Origin: an uncultured virus (IMG/VR IMGVR_UViG_3300025789_000022)
Taxonomy: Duplodnaviria; Heunggongvirae; Uroviricota; Caudoviricetes
Reading direction: 5' to 3' (one strand)
IMG/VR virus record: IMGVR_UViG_3300025789_000022
Length of the DNA: 64,000 nucleotides
Position 1 is the first letter of the stretch, and every line of letters begins with the position of its first letter. The notes under the pieces were generated by a model, which worked only from the letters and a program-made list of their open reading frames with translations, was not told where the DNA came from and ran no database searches. Shown one piece after another: positions 20,652-30,206 of this stretch. Made by a program: the position numbers and the translations under genes.

Positions 20652-21752
20652 TTATCCTAGTTTATCTGGTAATATTTGTAGTAGGTTACTTAGTGTTTGC
20701 TTCTGTGGTATAACCGCACCATTGGCAAGCAGTGTTGTTTTATTATTGTTGATAAATGAACCAAGCTGTGTAGAATTAAGATTGCCTGTTAGCGCAGTGC
20801 GTTGAACATCTTGAATAGCTACCCACTTCTGTCCATCATAACGAAATAATCTATTTGGCATATAATCTGTACGCAGCACATACTGTCCAAGAGTTGGATT
20901 CAATGGAAATTGCACATCTGCCGTGACAGGTAACCCATTTGGTGGCGTGGCACTGCCTGTTAGATAACCTGGTATAGATACAATAGGACTTACGCCATCT
21001 ACTGCTGGCAATATATAAAGAGCATTTGTGCTATATCCACTTTGTGGAACATCACTATCTGCTTGCGAAACGACTGCATCGTTAATCTGATTATTTTTAG
21101 TATAAGCACTGAGTAGATCACGAATTGTATCATTGGTCTTAATATCACTCTTACTGCCATCGGCTGCGTTCATATCAAGAATATCACGATACTCTTGTCC
21201 ATCAACCATTGGAGCAACCTTACAACGCCAGATATGATTCCACCATGTTTGGGCATAACCTTCACTGGCACGAGTTGCTTCTTGCACAACATAAAATTTC
21301 TTTAGCGCAGCAGGCAGCGTTTCATCAAGTGGATAGTAATCACGAAGATGTGGTAATTCAAAAACATCGCCTGGTATAATCTTACGACCTAAACGATCAA
21401 CCATATCATTGGTATGAAAGGTAATATACAGCGTATCTTGGTTTTGAAATAGTCCAAACTGACTTAAATTATAATCAATATCTTGAATTGTATAATGTCC
21501 ACGCAGTTCATATATGCTAGTATCATAAGAACGATCACGATTTTCTAAGAATAGCAAATCTTGAATATTTTTTTCACTTTGATTTGCATATTGTGGTTGC
21601 GTTAAATCTGTTGTTGCGCCTGTATCTTTTGGACCAAGATATTTGTGAATGTTTACGCCTACACCGCCAACCGTATACAATTCGCTGATTCTGCGATCTT
21701 GCCACTTATAGTCATTGGTATGGTCACTTCTATATAAACTTAATCTTGGCAT
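20652..21752 (-). CDS. Neck protein, T4 gp14-like
   Basis: LSQFGLF...LYITFH...PGDVFELPH; directly upstream of gp15-like gene. Confidence 0.65.
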   Translation of the reverse strand: MPRLSLYRSDHTNDYKWQDRRISELYTVGGVGVNIHKYLGPKDTGATTDLTQPQYANQSEKNIQDLLFLENRDRSYDTSIYELRGHYTIQDIDYNLSQFGLFQNQDTLYITFHTNDMVDRLGRKIIPGDVFELPHLRDYYPLDETLPAALKKFYVVQEATRASEGYAQTWWNHIWRCKVAPMVDGQEYRDILDMNAADGSKSDIKTNDTIRDLLSAYTKNNQINDAVVSQADSDVPQSGYSTNALYILPAVDGVSPIVSIPGYLTGSATPPNGLPVTADVQFPLNPTLGQYVLRTDYMPNRLFRYDGQKWVAIQDVQRTALTGNLNSTQLGSFINNNKTTLLANGAVIPQKQTLSNLLQILPDKLG

Positions 21753-21785
21753 AATTGTTTCCCAATGATATTTATGGGAAATAAA

Positions 21786-22424
21786 CTATTGTGTTTTTAA
21801 CCAAGAGGGTTTAATAAAATTTTTTACATGTGCATCTAGTGCAGTAGGTTCACATGGTTGAATATATTTTGCGTTGGCATCTTCACTTAGAATTTCTTCA
21901 ATGCGTGGATCGTTCCATGCAACGGGAAAATCTAACAACTTGCCAAGACTACGAACATAATGTTGGCGATATAGATAAAGTAATTCCTGACTAATGAATA
22001 GCGGTGGTTCTTCTAATCTATTCAACATAATTTGCATCATGCCCCAAGTTGGACCACCACGTAATCTACGTTGTTGTAGGTCTAGGATATTACGATCACG
22101 ACCAATAATAGCAAGTTCACTTTCAATACCTACTGCCGCTAGTGCTGCGACAAATTCTTCTAACTTTGGAACTCTTGCCGTAAAATTTTCCATATAAGGA
22201 TTGCTTACGCTAGTAACGGCATACTCTTTACCACCCATTATATCCACGGTAATTTTACTTGGGTCATTCCAATACTCATTGAATGGTTCATACCAATGCG
22301 GAATAAAATATCCATCTGGTTCCAGTGCTGCTTTCCAACCATGAACCGCATCATGAAGTGAAAATATTTTACCAAATAAATGATTACCACTGCCTTGTGG
22401 ACCAATAACAATTAACATCTTCAT
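21786..22424 (-). CDS. P-loop / sulfotransferase-like protein
   Basis: N-terminal IVIGPQGSGNH. Confidence 0.55.
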   Translation of the reverse strand: MKMLIVIGPQGSGNHLFGKIFSLHDAVHGWKAALEPDGYFIPHWYEPFNEYWNDPSKITVDIMGGKEYAVTSVSNPYMENFTARVPKLEEFVAALAAVGIESELAIIGRDRNILDLQQRRLRGGPTWGMMQIMLNRLEEPPLFISQELLYLYRQHYVRSLGKLLDFPVAWNDPRIEEILSEDANAKYIQPCEPTALDAHVKNFIKPSWLKTQ

Positions 22425-23158
22425 GGCAATTTTCTTAACTCAAAGTAAAGTCTATCACCGTTATCTTTCTTAAAAGAACTTAATTCACACTTAAATTTGT
22501 TTGCAATCCTATAAGCAGTATCAAAATCCCATGGATAGATATCAATCCATTGACCATTTTTATGAACATAACCAGGATTTGCACGAACATAAATTTTACC
22601 ATCAGGCATAGTTAAGTCAATTACTTTTTTCATACGAACTTCAATGTCATCATATTCACCAAAATTTATACTACCAAACACAATTACATGATCATAGAAA
22701 TTATTTGGAACATTATAATCAAGAATATCAACCATGTAATCAGCACTGTTGTTATATGCATCAATACCAACTAAATTAGGAATACGTGCCTTGAATGGAT
22801 TAAACCCACAACCAACATCTAGTACTGCTTTTGGATTTGCTTTGTTAATAAGTTCTACAATATTCCATCCAGTATATTGATAAATTTCGGTACGAGGTTG
22901 CCAGATACCGCCCCAAAAACGTGCACAATATTTTTGATCAATATCGTGTGTTATATCTGCAATGGTTCCATTGAAGTTAATCTCTAAATCAAATTCATTA
23001 TTGATTTGTTCGCAGAATTTTTCCCAACGTTTAGGAGTCCACGGTAGCGCATTAACAATAGTATACTGTGTCATAGTTTTATTAAAATCATCATACTTTG
23101 GTAAATTAAACGCATCATGCAAATTTTTATATAAAAAGTTATAAATTTTTCTATTCAC
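22421..23158 (-). CDS. Class I SAM-dependent methyltransferase
   Basis: VLDVGCG motif I, YDHVIVFGS. Confidence 0.8.
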   Translation of the reverse strand: MNRKIYNFLYKNLHDAFNLPKYDDFNKTMTQYTIVNALPWTPKRWEKFCEQINNEFDLEINFNGTIADITHDIDQKYCARFWGGIWQPRTEIYQYTGWNIVELINKANPKAVLDVGCGFNPFKARIPNLVGIDAYNNSADYMVDILDYNVPNNFYDHVIVFGSINFGEYDDIEVRMKKVIDLTMPDGKIYVRANPGYVHKNGQWIDIYPWDFDTAYRIANKFKCELSSFKKDNGDRLYFELRKLP

Positions 23159-23245
23159 AGATTTTTTCCTACTTTTTAAATTTTTTTATAAATATCTTTA
23201 TAAAATTATTTATCTTAGAAAAAAATTAACTTAGGAAAAAAATTT

Positions 23246-23977
23246 ATGACAGAATATGAAAATTGGGGCGATAGTCGTTGGGAATTTACTAAAAGCCGCA
23301 GCCGTTGGCATTTTGATACTAAACGACCACCGCAATCTGGCGTAGACAGTTACACTCATGTTTGCAGATTTGATGCAGATTTTACAGATGCGATTCGTGA
23401 GTGTATGCCTCGCACAAAAGCTAGTAGTTGGGGAACACGTAATAACTTTAACAAAGATATTGCGGATAAAGGTTTGTATAGTGCAACCGCAGAAGAACAA
23501 GATTTGATTCGTGCAGGAGCCAACCCTGACCAAGAAGTTTTTAATCGCACGGCAGCAGAAGATGTTGAGATATTTCAACAGGTAAGCAACTGGCTTGGTA
23601 TGGATGAAAGCATGATTAAATTTCATAACCAAACTACGGGACAGATGCTGCATACTCACATTGACAACTTTGCTGCCAGACCTGAACGTGAAAATAGTTT
23701 CAAAGTAACAGAGATGGATAAGAATCCAGATATTATGCGTAGATTTGCTATTATGTTAGCAGATTGGGAAATAGGTCAAGTATTTCAATTAGGCAATGCT
23801 AACTTTACTCAATGGCGAGCAGGTGATTGCATTACTTGGGAATGGCAAGATATGCCACATGCCACCGCTAATATGGGTTGGTGGGACCGTCCTATGTTAC
23901 AGATTACAGGATATGTTACCCAAAGAACAAATGATGTTCTCGGTGGTGCAAGTAAAAATTTAGTAGTTAAATTATAA
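23246..23977 (+). CDS. Cupin / 2OG-Fe(II) oxygenase-like protein
   Basis: HTHID...W.AGD...PHATAN...R.MLQITG facial-triad pattern. Confidence 0.65.
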   Translation: MTEYENWGDSRWEFTKSRSRWHFDTKRPPQSGVDSYTHVCRFDADFTDAIRECMPRTKASSWGTRNNFNKDIADKGLYSATAEEQDLIRAGANPDQEVFNRTAAEDVEIFQQVSNWLGMDESMIKFHNQTTGQMLHTHIDNFAARPERENSFKVTEMDKNPDIMRRFAIMLADWEIGQVFQLGNANFTQWRAGDCITWEWQDMPHATANMGWWDRPMLQITGYVTQRTNDVLGGASKNLVVKL

Positions 23978-23987
23978 GGAAATTAAA

Positions 23988-25421
23988 ATGGATGTAAGTA
24001 AAATTTTTCCACTCTTTGACCCAGCGACTGGTTTGGTCATGATTGGTCTTTATGCCCTATTCGCATTTGCGCTTACCAGTTGGTTTGCACGTGGATATGG
24101 TATGGGTAAAGAAGCATTTTTTGTTGCTAATCGCAATGTAGGTTTTTGGCAAGGAAGTATGAGTGTTGGTGCTAGTTGGATTTGGGCACCTGGTTTGTTT
24201 GTTGCCGCACAACAAGGATTTAATAATGGTATTGTAGGAGTTTTCTGGTTTAGTTTGGGAAATTTCTTCGCTCTTATTTTATTCTCATTTGCAATCTTTA
24301 GGTTGCGAGAGCGGTATGGACAGGGATTCACATTGAGTCAATGGTTCCGTAGTAAGTATGGCAAGTTAGTTCAGGCATGTGTGCTAGTTCAAACCGCACT
24401 GTATGCACTTCAAGGTATTACTATTAACATATTTGCTGGTAGTAAAAGTGTTGCGCTATTAACAGGTTTAAGTCCACTTCTTGTAAGTGCACTTCTTGTT
24501 GCTATTGCTATTACATATAGTTGGCGTGGTGGTCTAAAGGCTACAATCGGAACTGATATGGTGAAGATTGTTGCTATTTGGATTGGTATGATCATTGTAG
24601 CCGTGAGTATCTTTGGAACTGTTGGATTTGCACCAGCACTTGCTGGCATCGGCGGCGTTACAGGACAAGGTGTAACGCTATGGGATACCCCGCTTACACT
24701 TGGCTTGCTATTTGGCTTTGGTATTCCAACGGTATTTGGACATCTTGCTTCACCATGGAGTGACAATTCAAATTATCAAAATGCATTTAGTATGAAGAGT
24801 GATTATGTTCGTGGTGCATTCATTGCAGCACCGTTCTATTGGTTGATATTACCAATCGTAGGTGGTCTAATTGGTTTAACTGCCGCTGGTCTGCACTACA
24901 ACGTTACTGGTCCAAACACTGGTTTTATCAATCTTATCGTAATGGCCAATGTTGTAGGATGGTGGTTACCACTTGTTTATCTTGCAGTTGTATTTGCTGG
25001 TCTTGTATCAATTATTGACACGCAACTATTGAGCAGTGCCAACTTAGTAGGCAATGATGTTCATGACAGTGTAGGTGGCTCTAATGCAGTTGTATGGGGC
25101 AAGTTTGGCATGATTGGATTGGCTATTCTTGGTATTGCTCTTGCCAATATACCAGGTCTTGATTTAAATCAAATCTTCGTGTTTGGTAAAACTCTTACGC
25201 TAACATTCTTTGTACCAATCGTTCTTGCACTACTTGGCGGTGATCTGCTAACACGTTATGGATTCCTTGCTGGTGGTTTTGTAGGATTGTTTATCGGTGC
25301 ACCTGTGTTTGTTTATGGACAATTCTTTGGTGGCGGTCCACAGATTATAGCACTTGGAGTAATCATTCAGACACTTGGCAGCGGTGCTGCAAGTTATCTG
25401 GTGAGTAAAGTGACCCGATGA
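23988..25421 (+). CDS. Sodium:solute symporter (SSS family)
   Basis: About 13 hydrophobic segments; FFVANR, SWIWAP, GGLKATIGTD motifs. Confidence 0.85.
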   Translation: MDVSKIFPLFDPATGLVMIGLYALFAFALTSWFARGYGMGKEAFFVANRNVGFWQGSMSVGASWIWAPGLFVAAQQGFNNGIVGVFWFSLGNFFALILFSFAIFRLRERYGQGFTLSQWFRSKYGKLVQACVLVQTALYALQGITINIFAGSKSVALLTGLSPLLVSALLVAIAITYSWRGGLKATIGTDMVKIVAIWIGMIIVAVSIFGTVGFAPALAGIGGVTGQGVTLWDTPLTLGLLFGFGIPTVFGHLASPWSDNSNYQNAFSMKSDYVRGAFIAAPFYWLILPIVGGLIGLTAAGLHYNVTGPNTGFINLIVMANVVGWWLPLVYLAVVFAGLVSIIDTQLLSSANLVGNDVHDSVGGSNAVVWGKFGMIGLAILGIALANIPGLDLNQIFVFGKTLTLTFFVPIVLALLGGDLLTRYGFLAGGFVGLFIGAPVFVYGQFFGGGPQIIALGVIIQTLGSGAASYLVSKVTR

Positions 25422-25891
25422 ATAAGAAAATACTCATAATGGGCTTGCCAGGGTCGGGTAAAACCACCTTGGCAAAAGCCTTAGCACCAAAATTAAAAGC
25501 AGTTCATTGGAACGCAGATGCTGTTCGTGCAAATATTAACAGTCATCTTGGGTTCAGTGAAGCGGATCGTATAGAGCAAGCCAGACGAATGGGTTGGCTA
25601 TGCGACCAAGTTACGGCAGCAGGTTCATGGGTGATAGCCGATTTTGTTTGTCCCACACCAGCCACTCGTGCAGCCTTTGGGCCTGCTACTGTTATTTGGG
25701 TTGACACCATTAAAGAAGGCCGGTTTGAGGACACAAATAAGTTGTTTGTAAACCCAGAACCAGGTAGTTATTACTTCCGTGTAGACACACAAGATGCCCT
25801 ATTCTGGTCAAAGTATATTATGGAAGAACTTGATTTTGACACAAACCCAAGTTGGATTAAAGCAATGTTTAAAGGATTGAAACACTCATGA
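25418..25891 (+). CDS. Adenylylsulfate-kinase-like P-loop kinase
   Basis: GLPGSGKTT, NADAVR, LGFSEADRIEQARR, ADFVCP. Confidence 0.8.
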   Translation: MNKKILIMGLPGSGKTTLAKALAPKLKAVHWNADAVRANINSHLGFSEADRIEQARRMGWLCDQVTAAGSWVIADFVCPTPATRAAFGPATVIWVDTIKEGRFEDTNKLFVNPEPGSYYFRVDTQDALFWSKYIMEELDFDTNPSWIKAMFKGLKHS

Positions 25892-26259
25892 CAAAATGGA
25901 ATAATCAAGCACCGACTGTGCAATTACTTGGACGCTATCAGCCATGGCATCCTGGTCATACTGAACTGTTTAAGCGAGCACATGCAAAAACAGGTCAAGT
26001 CATGATCATGGTTCGTGACACTGGTGGCAGTGATGAAAAGAATCCATTTGATTATGCGTTTGTAAAAGAACGTATTATTAAAGATTTAGAAGCAGAAGGT
26101 TTTAAATTTAATCGAGATTTTCTTGTAAATTTGGTTCCTAATATCGTCAACATAACCTATGGTCGTGATGTTGGTTATACAATTGACAAAGAAGATTTTG
26201 ATAAGGAAATATTAAAGATTAGTGCAACTCAGATTCGCAAAGAAATGGGTTTAGGTTGA
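25888..26259 (+). CDS. Cytidylyltransferase-like (HxGH) nucleotidyltransferase
   Basis: GRYQPWHPGH, NPF, ISATQIR. Confidence 0.8.
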   Translation: MTKWNNQAPTVQLLGRYQPWHPGHTELFKRAHAKTGQVMIMVRDTGGSDEKNPFDYAFVKERIIKDLEAEGFKFNRDFLVNLVPNIVNITYGRDVGYTIDKEDFDKEILKISATQIRKEMGLG

Positions 26260-26888
26260 AATATATATTTGTTGCTGGTGCGCCAGGTTCTAAGTGGAGT
26301 AGTGTAGTAAAAAACATATACTACTCCCCTTCGTTAGATAATAGTGATTATAGCGATAGCAGAACTTACTATCACGATGCTAGCGGTAACAATCAGCTTA
26401 TGCATCTTGGCGCATATTTTGACCCATGTATGGAGTTTGGTGACAAACTTCACCTTATGCCTTATATGAGCAAGCAAGAATTAGAAGAGGAATTTGATCG
26501 TCCATTTAGTGGTGAAGGAGTTCGCATCATTAAGAGTCACGTGTTTTGCCATCATCTTGATTTTATTCGCAAGACTTGGCCAGATTGCCCAATTATATGT
26601 GTTGAACGTGACAACGATGCGTGTTTGGGCTGGTGGGTCCGTTGTGGACACTTTGGTATAACTTATCCAAGTTACAGTGGATATTATAAGAACTTACGAG
26701 AAATGAGTTTTCACATTGATAAACAAAATGCAGATTTGAGAAAATTTGTAAAAGACAATCCATCAGAAATGATGTATGATAATATTGAATTATGTAAAAA
26801 ACTAGGCATTGATCTGCCAGTTGAATTGGATATTCAAAATTATGAGTTGAGTAATATTAATGTTTATTTGAACCAAAACGTAGCATAA
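26256..26888 (+). CDS. P-loop / sulfotransferase-like protein
   Basis: IFVAGAPGSKWS, IIKSH. Confidence 0.55.
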   Translation: MKYIFVAGAPGSKWSSVVKNIYYSPSLDNSDYSDSRTYYHDASGNNQLMHLGAYFDPCMEFGDKLHLMPYMSKQELEEEFDRPFSGEGVRIIKSHVFCHHLDFIRKTWPDCPIICVERDNDACLGWWVRCGHFGITYPSYSGYYKNLREMSFHIDKQNADLRKFVKDNPSEMMYDNIELCKKLGIDLPVELDIQNYELSNINVYLNQNVA

Positions 26889-27153
26889 AGATATTAACAT
26901 CTTCACTGCTACTAAAAAGCAGCGACCAATATGGATCGCCGCTGTTGAATCTAAAATTTAATGAATAATCGTTAGAGAAACATTCGTCACACCATTGCTT
27001 TAATGGTTGTTGTATTTTTTCTTTTAAAAAATCCGTGCTTAGTGGTGGATAAAATGCCATTCCAAAAACATCTGGATATATTTTAACTAGGTACTTGTCT
27101 GGTGCCAGAGATGTAAGAGTGCCTATTTCTATATTGTCTATCGTAGGGATCAT
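26857..27153 (-). CDS. Small protein of the FxLR(F/W)-terminal paralog family
   Basis: RFNSGDPYW...EDVNIFMLRFG. Confidence 0.65.
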   Translation of the reverse strand: MIPTIDNIEIGTLTSLAPDKYLVKIYPDVFGMAFYPPLSTDFLKEKIQQPLKQWCDECFSNDYSLNFRFNSGDPYWSLLFSSSEDVNIFMLRFGSNKH

Positions 27154-27308
27154 TTGGTTTGACTGCGTATCTCATTGATACGCTGTGTCATGTAATTAAT
27201 TATAATTTGTCTCATGTCTTCTGGCATATCATATGTTTTGGTGTTTAACTCATTTGTGATGATGTAAGTAAATGCAAACTCAATCATCTTTGCAATTGAA
27301 TAATTCAT
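27150..27308 (-). CDS. Small hypothetical protein (52 aa, MNYSIAKMIEFAF...; not in ORF track)
   Basis: TAAATA-N4-ATG start; TGA overlaps ATG of next ORF. Confidence 0.6.
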   Translation of the reverse strand: MNYSIAKMIEFAFTYIITNELNTKTYDMPEDMRQIIINYMTQRINEIRSQTK

Positions 27309-27344
27309 ATGATATTTATTACGATTTTATGACTGTAGAAAAAA

Positions 27345-27418
27345 TGGAGCGGAGTAGGAGAATCGAACTCCTCGCATCAGATTGGAAATCTGAGGTATTG
27401 CCACTATACGAACTCCGC
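27345..27418 (-). tRNA. tRNA-Gly(TCC)
   Basis: Cloverleaf, loop tttccaa, GTTCGA, CCA. Confidence 0.95.
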
Positions 27419-27561
27419 CCACTCATTTATTTAATTAAACTGTGGATATCAAAATCAGTTAAAAGCCATTTGACCAAGAGTATGAGCCAAAGGATTCTAA
27501 CAGATTCGTCTACAAACCGTCTATAAAACTTATACATCTTAGTCTACTTTCTTTTCTATGT

Positions 27562-27651
27562 TGGCGGAAGAGGTGAGATTCGAACTCACGGTAGGCTTTC
27601 ACCTACGCTAGTTTTCAAGACTAGAGCCATAAACCACTCGGCCACCCTTCC
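27562..27651 (-). tRNA. tRNA-Ser(TGA)
   Basis: Loop cttgaaa, long variable arm, G73, CCA. Confidence 0.95.
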
Positions 27652-27656
27652 AATAA

Positions 27657-27731
27657 TGGTGCTGTTAGAGAGAATCGAACTCCCGATCTATTGATTACTA
27701 ATCAATTGCCTTACCACTCGGCTATAACAGC
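27657..27731 (-). tRNA. tRNA-Thr(AGT)
   Basis: Stem attga/tcaat, loop ttagtaa, CCA. Confidence 0.92.
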
Positions 27732-27733
27732 AT

Positions 27734-27811
27734 TGGTGCCCCGCCCCCGATTCGAACGGGGAACCTCTTGATTCTAAGTCAAGCACCTCTAACCAGTTGG
27801 GCCAGCGGGGC
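27734..27811 (-). tRNA. tRNA-Leu(TAG), short variable loop
   Basis: Loop cttagaa, A73, CCA. Confidence 0.9.
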
Positions 27812-27947
27812 ATCATTTAATTATATTACAATAAATAGTTATGCATGTCAAGAGAAAAGTATATTAATTATCTTCTTTATTCATTTATTTTAGCCCATAC
27901 GTTCTTGGGATGCACAATCATAGCACAAACATTAGCAAAGTTTTAAC

Positions 27948-28571
27948 ATGGACCTGAAACAAATTCAAGGATTATTAGACATGGTTATGAAAGATAAGAA
28001 TGGTAAGGTATTAAGTCGTAGTGAAGGCGAAGCAGTTCTAAAAGGTCTTGCTTCTATTACAATCACAATCTTTGCTGCACTGTTAGCAATCACATCTTGG
28101 CTTGGTGGTCAAGTTAGTGGCAAGATCATGGCTGATAATATTGAACTTGGTGATACTTGGGGTTTTTATCAAGCCAAAAGCATCAAGCAAAACATGTATC
28201 AACTTAACCTTGATGATTTGAAAGTTCAAATTGCTGATCCAGCAACAGATAAAAGTTTAATACCAGCCTTAAAAGCACGTGCTGAAAATTATCAGAAATA
28301 TATTGATGCGCTAGAAAGTGATCCAAAGGGTGACGGTAAAAAAGAAATTATGGCAAAAGGTCGTGCGCTAGAAGCAGACCGTGATAATGCCAAGAAGTGT
28401 AGTCCATTCTTTGGTATGGCTGGTACAATCATTCAGATTGCTATTATCTTCTCAACCACTGCTATCCTTGCCGTCAGCATGGCTCTATGGTATAGCAGTA
28501 TTGCGGTTGGTATCATTGGCTTGATTGTGTTAGCAGATGGTATCTGGTATTTCTTTCCATTACCGTTCTAA
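27948..28571 (+). CDS. DUF4337-like membrane protein
   Basis: TM-WGFYQAKSIKQ-coiled coil-two TM pattern. Confidence 0.8.
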   Translation: MDLKQIQGLLDMVMKDKNGKVLSRSEGEAVLKGLASITITIFAALLAITSWLGGQVSGKIMADNIELGDTWGFYQAKSIKQNMYQLNLDDLKVQIADPATDKSLIPALKARAENYQKYIDALESDPKGDGKKEIMAKGRALEADRDNAKKCSPFFGMAGTIIQIAIIFSTTAILAVSMALWYSSIAVGIIGLIVLADGIWYFFPLPF

Positions 28572-29312
28572 TTGCTCTAATATCCATTCTGCAAGCCCTT
28601 GGTGAGCACGTCTGTCAGGATGTCCCCAATCAGGAAAATTAGTATGATGATAGCAGTATTGTATCCAATTTGTTGATGCTTCTGCTTCCACTATAAACCT
28701 ATCACGATTAAAATCTGCTTCATATTTTTCAGCAAATTCTGATACATGTGCTATAAGATGTGGATGTTTTATCGGTTCATCAAATATTAATTCATTTGCC
28801 CAATCATTCAGCACTATCTTTGCAAAGGCAAATTTCTGTATGATTGGATTAACCATTGCCATTCCGCCTATTACGATAAATGGAATGTTATATTGTTCAT
28901 ACAGTGTAGAAAATTTTAGATATGTTTCTTGCCATAAATCATTATGAATTGCATCATATCCATTATAATCTTGTAATTTTTTACTATCTATTGTTGCGTT
29001 GTTGTTAATAATATCTCTGACAGGTTCAGTTTGGAACCATATGATATAATCATAATCACGCTTTGTTTTTAAATGGTTGGCACATATAGTATATGCGTTG
29101 AGATTACTATCACCACCTACACATAAATTTGTAGAAGTATGCTCATTTAAATATACACCAACATGCGTATTGGGTATTGGCACTGTTTTACACCAATAAT
29201 TTGGTTTATCACCAAATACATGCCAATCATTATCTGGCGCAGCATCTGCATAAATGAAATCTTTTGACCATTCGCCGCAGCCCCAACTGTCGCCTATTAT
29301 AAGAAAATTCAT
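28560..29312 (-). CDS. SGNH-hydrolase-like protein
   Basis: IIGDSW at N-terminus, DWGHP near C-terminus. Confidence 0.65.
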   Translation of the reverse strand: MNFLIIGDSWGCGEWSKDFIYADAAPDNDWHVFGDKPNYWCKTVPIPNTHVGVYLNEHTSTNLCVGGDSNLNAYTICANHLKTKRDYDYIIWFQTEPVRDIINNNATIDSKKLQDYNGYDAIHNDLWQETYLKFSTLYEQYNIPFIVIGGMAMVNPIIQKFAFAKIVLNDWANELIFDEPIKHPHLIAHVSEFAEKYEADFNRDRFIVEAEASTNWIQYCYHHTNFPDWGHPDRRAHQGLAEWILEQLER

Positions 29313-29348
29313 GGGGTATTTATAGTGAAAAATGGCTGCGTTGGTGTA

Positions 29349-29411
29349 GGTATTATTGGTCTGCTAATCTTAGCAGATGGTATGTGGTATTTCTTTCCAC
29401 TACCGTTCTAA
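29349..29411 (+). repeat. Diverged duplicate of the 3' end of the DUF4337-like gene (28509-28571)
   Basis: Encodes GIIGLLILADGMWYFFPLPF* versus GIIGLIVLADGIWYFFPLPF*. Confidence 0.9.
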
Positions 29412-29909
29412 CATCTTTAACTTTTTTCTAATAGTAGTTTCAGTAACTCCATAATCCCTTGCCATAGCAGATTTATTACCATTATAGATTGTTGTTAACT
29501 TTTCAAAAACTTCTTGATTGGTTAAGAACATCTTTTGACGCCATACTTTATCTTTCTTAAATTTTTCTTTGCGTTCTTTTCTTTCAATTTTCCAACCATC
29601 AAATATTTCTTCATTGAATTGCACATAATTTTCTGGAATAGATATTAAACCATTATGAATTTCTTTATGGCAATTAGAACATAATAAAATACATTTTATT
29701 AATTCAACCTTAATTGCCTCTGCTGATTTTGGATTTGCTCTAATTGAAGAAAAACTTAATTCTTTTTTTGTTGGGTCTATGTGGTGTAATTCAAGTGCCG
29801 CATCGCATTTGAAGTATCCACAAATTTGGCAACACCCACCCATTGATTGAACAATTTTTTGTTTTGTTCTTTTACGCCAGTTAATTACATTTTCAGATTG
29901 CTTACTCAT
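29400..29909 (-). CDS. HNH homing endonuclease with C-terminal HTH
   Basis: CQICGY...ALELHHIDP...CILLCSNCHKEIH; NKSAMARDYGVTETTIRK. Confidence 0.88.
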   Translation of the reverse strand: MSKQSENVINWRKRTKQKIVQSMGGCCQICGYFKCDAALELHHIDPTKKELSFSSIRANPKSAEAIKVELIKCILLCSNCHKEIHNGLISIPENYVQFNEEIFDGWKIERKERKEKFKKDKVWRQKMFLTNQEVFEKLTTIYNGNKSAMARDYGVTETTIRKKLKMLER

Positions 29910-29960
29910 ATAGGTCTCCTTATTCGAACCTATATGTATTTATATAACATTGTATGTTAA

Positions 29961-30036
29961 TGGCTGCTTAGGTAGGATTCGAACCTACGACCCTCGGTTT
30001 AACAGACCGACGCAACTACCGCTGTGCTACTAAGCA
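29961..30036 (-). tRNA. tRNA-Asn(GTT)
   Basis: Loop ctgttaa, G73, CCA. Confidence 0.95.
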
Positions 30037-30090
30037 ATAACCTTATATTCTTAATATACTTATATTTGACAATCTTGTCAAGTATTATTT

Positions 30091-30167
30091 TGGAGCCTAC
30101 GGAGGGATTCGAACCCCCGACCCACGGTTTCGAAGACCGCTATTCTATTCCACTGAACTACGTAGGC
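30091..30167 (-). tRNA. tRNA-Arg(TCG)
   Basis: Loop cttcgaa, CCA. Confidence 0.93.
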
Positions 30168-30206
30168 ATTATTTCTATAGTTAATATTTGTACTTGTAAA
30201 TATAGG

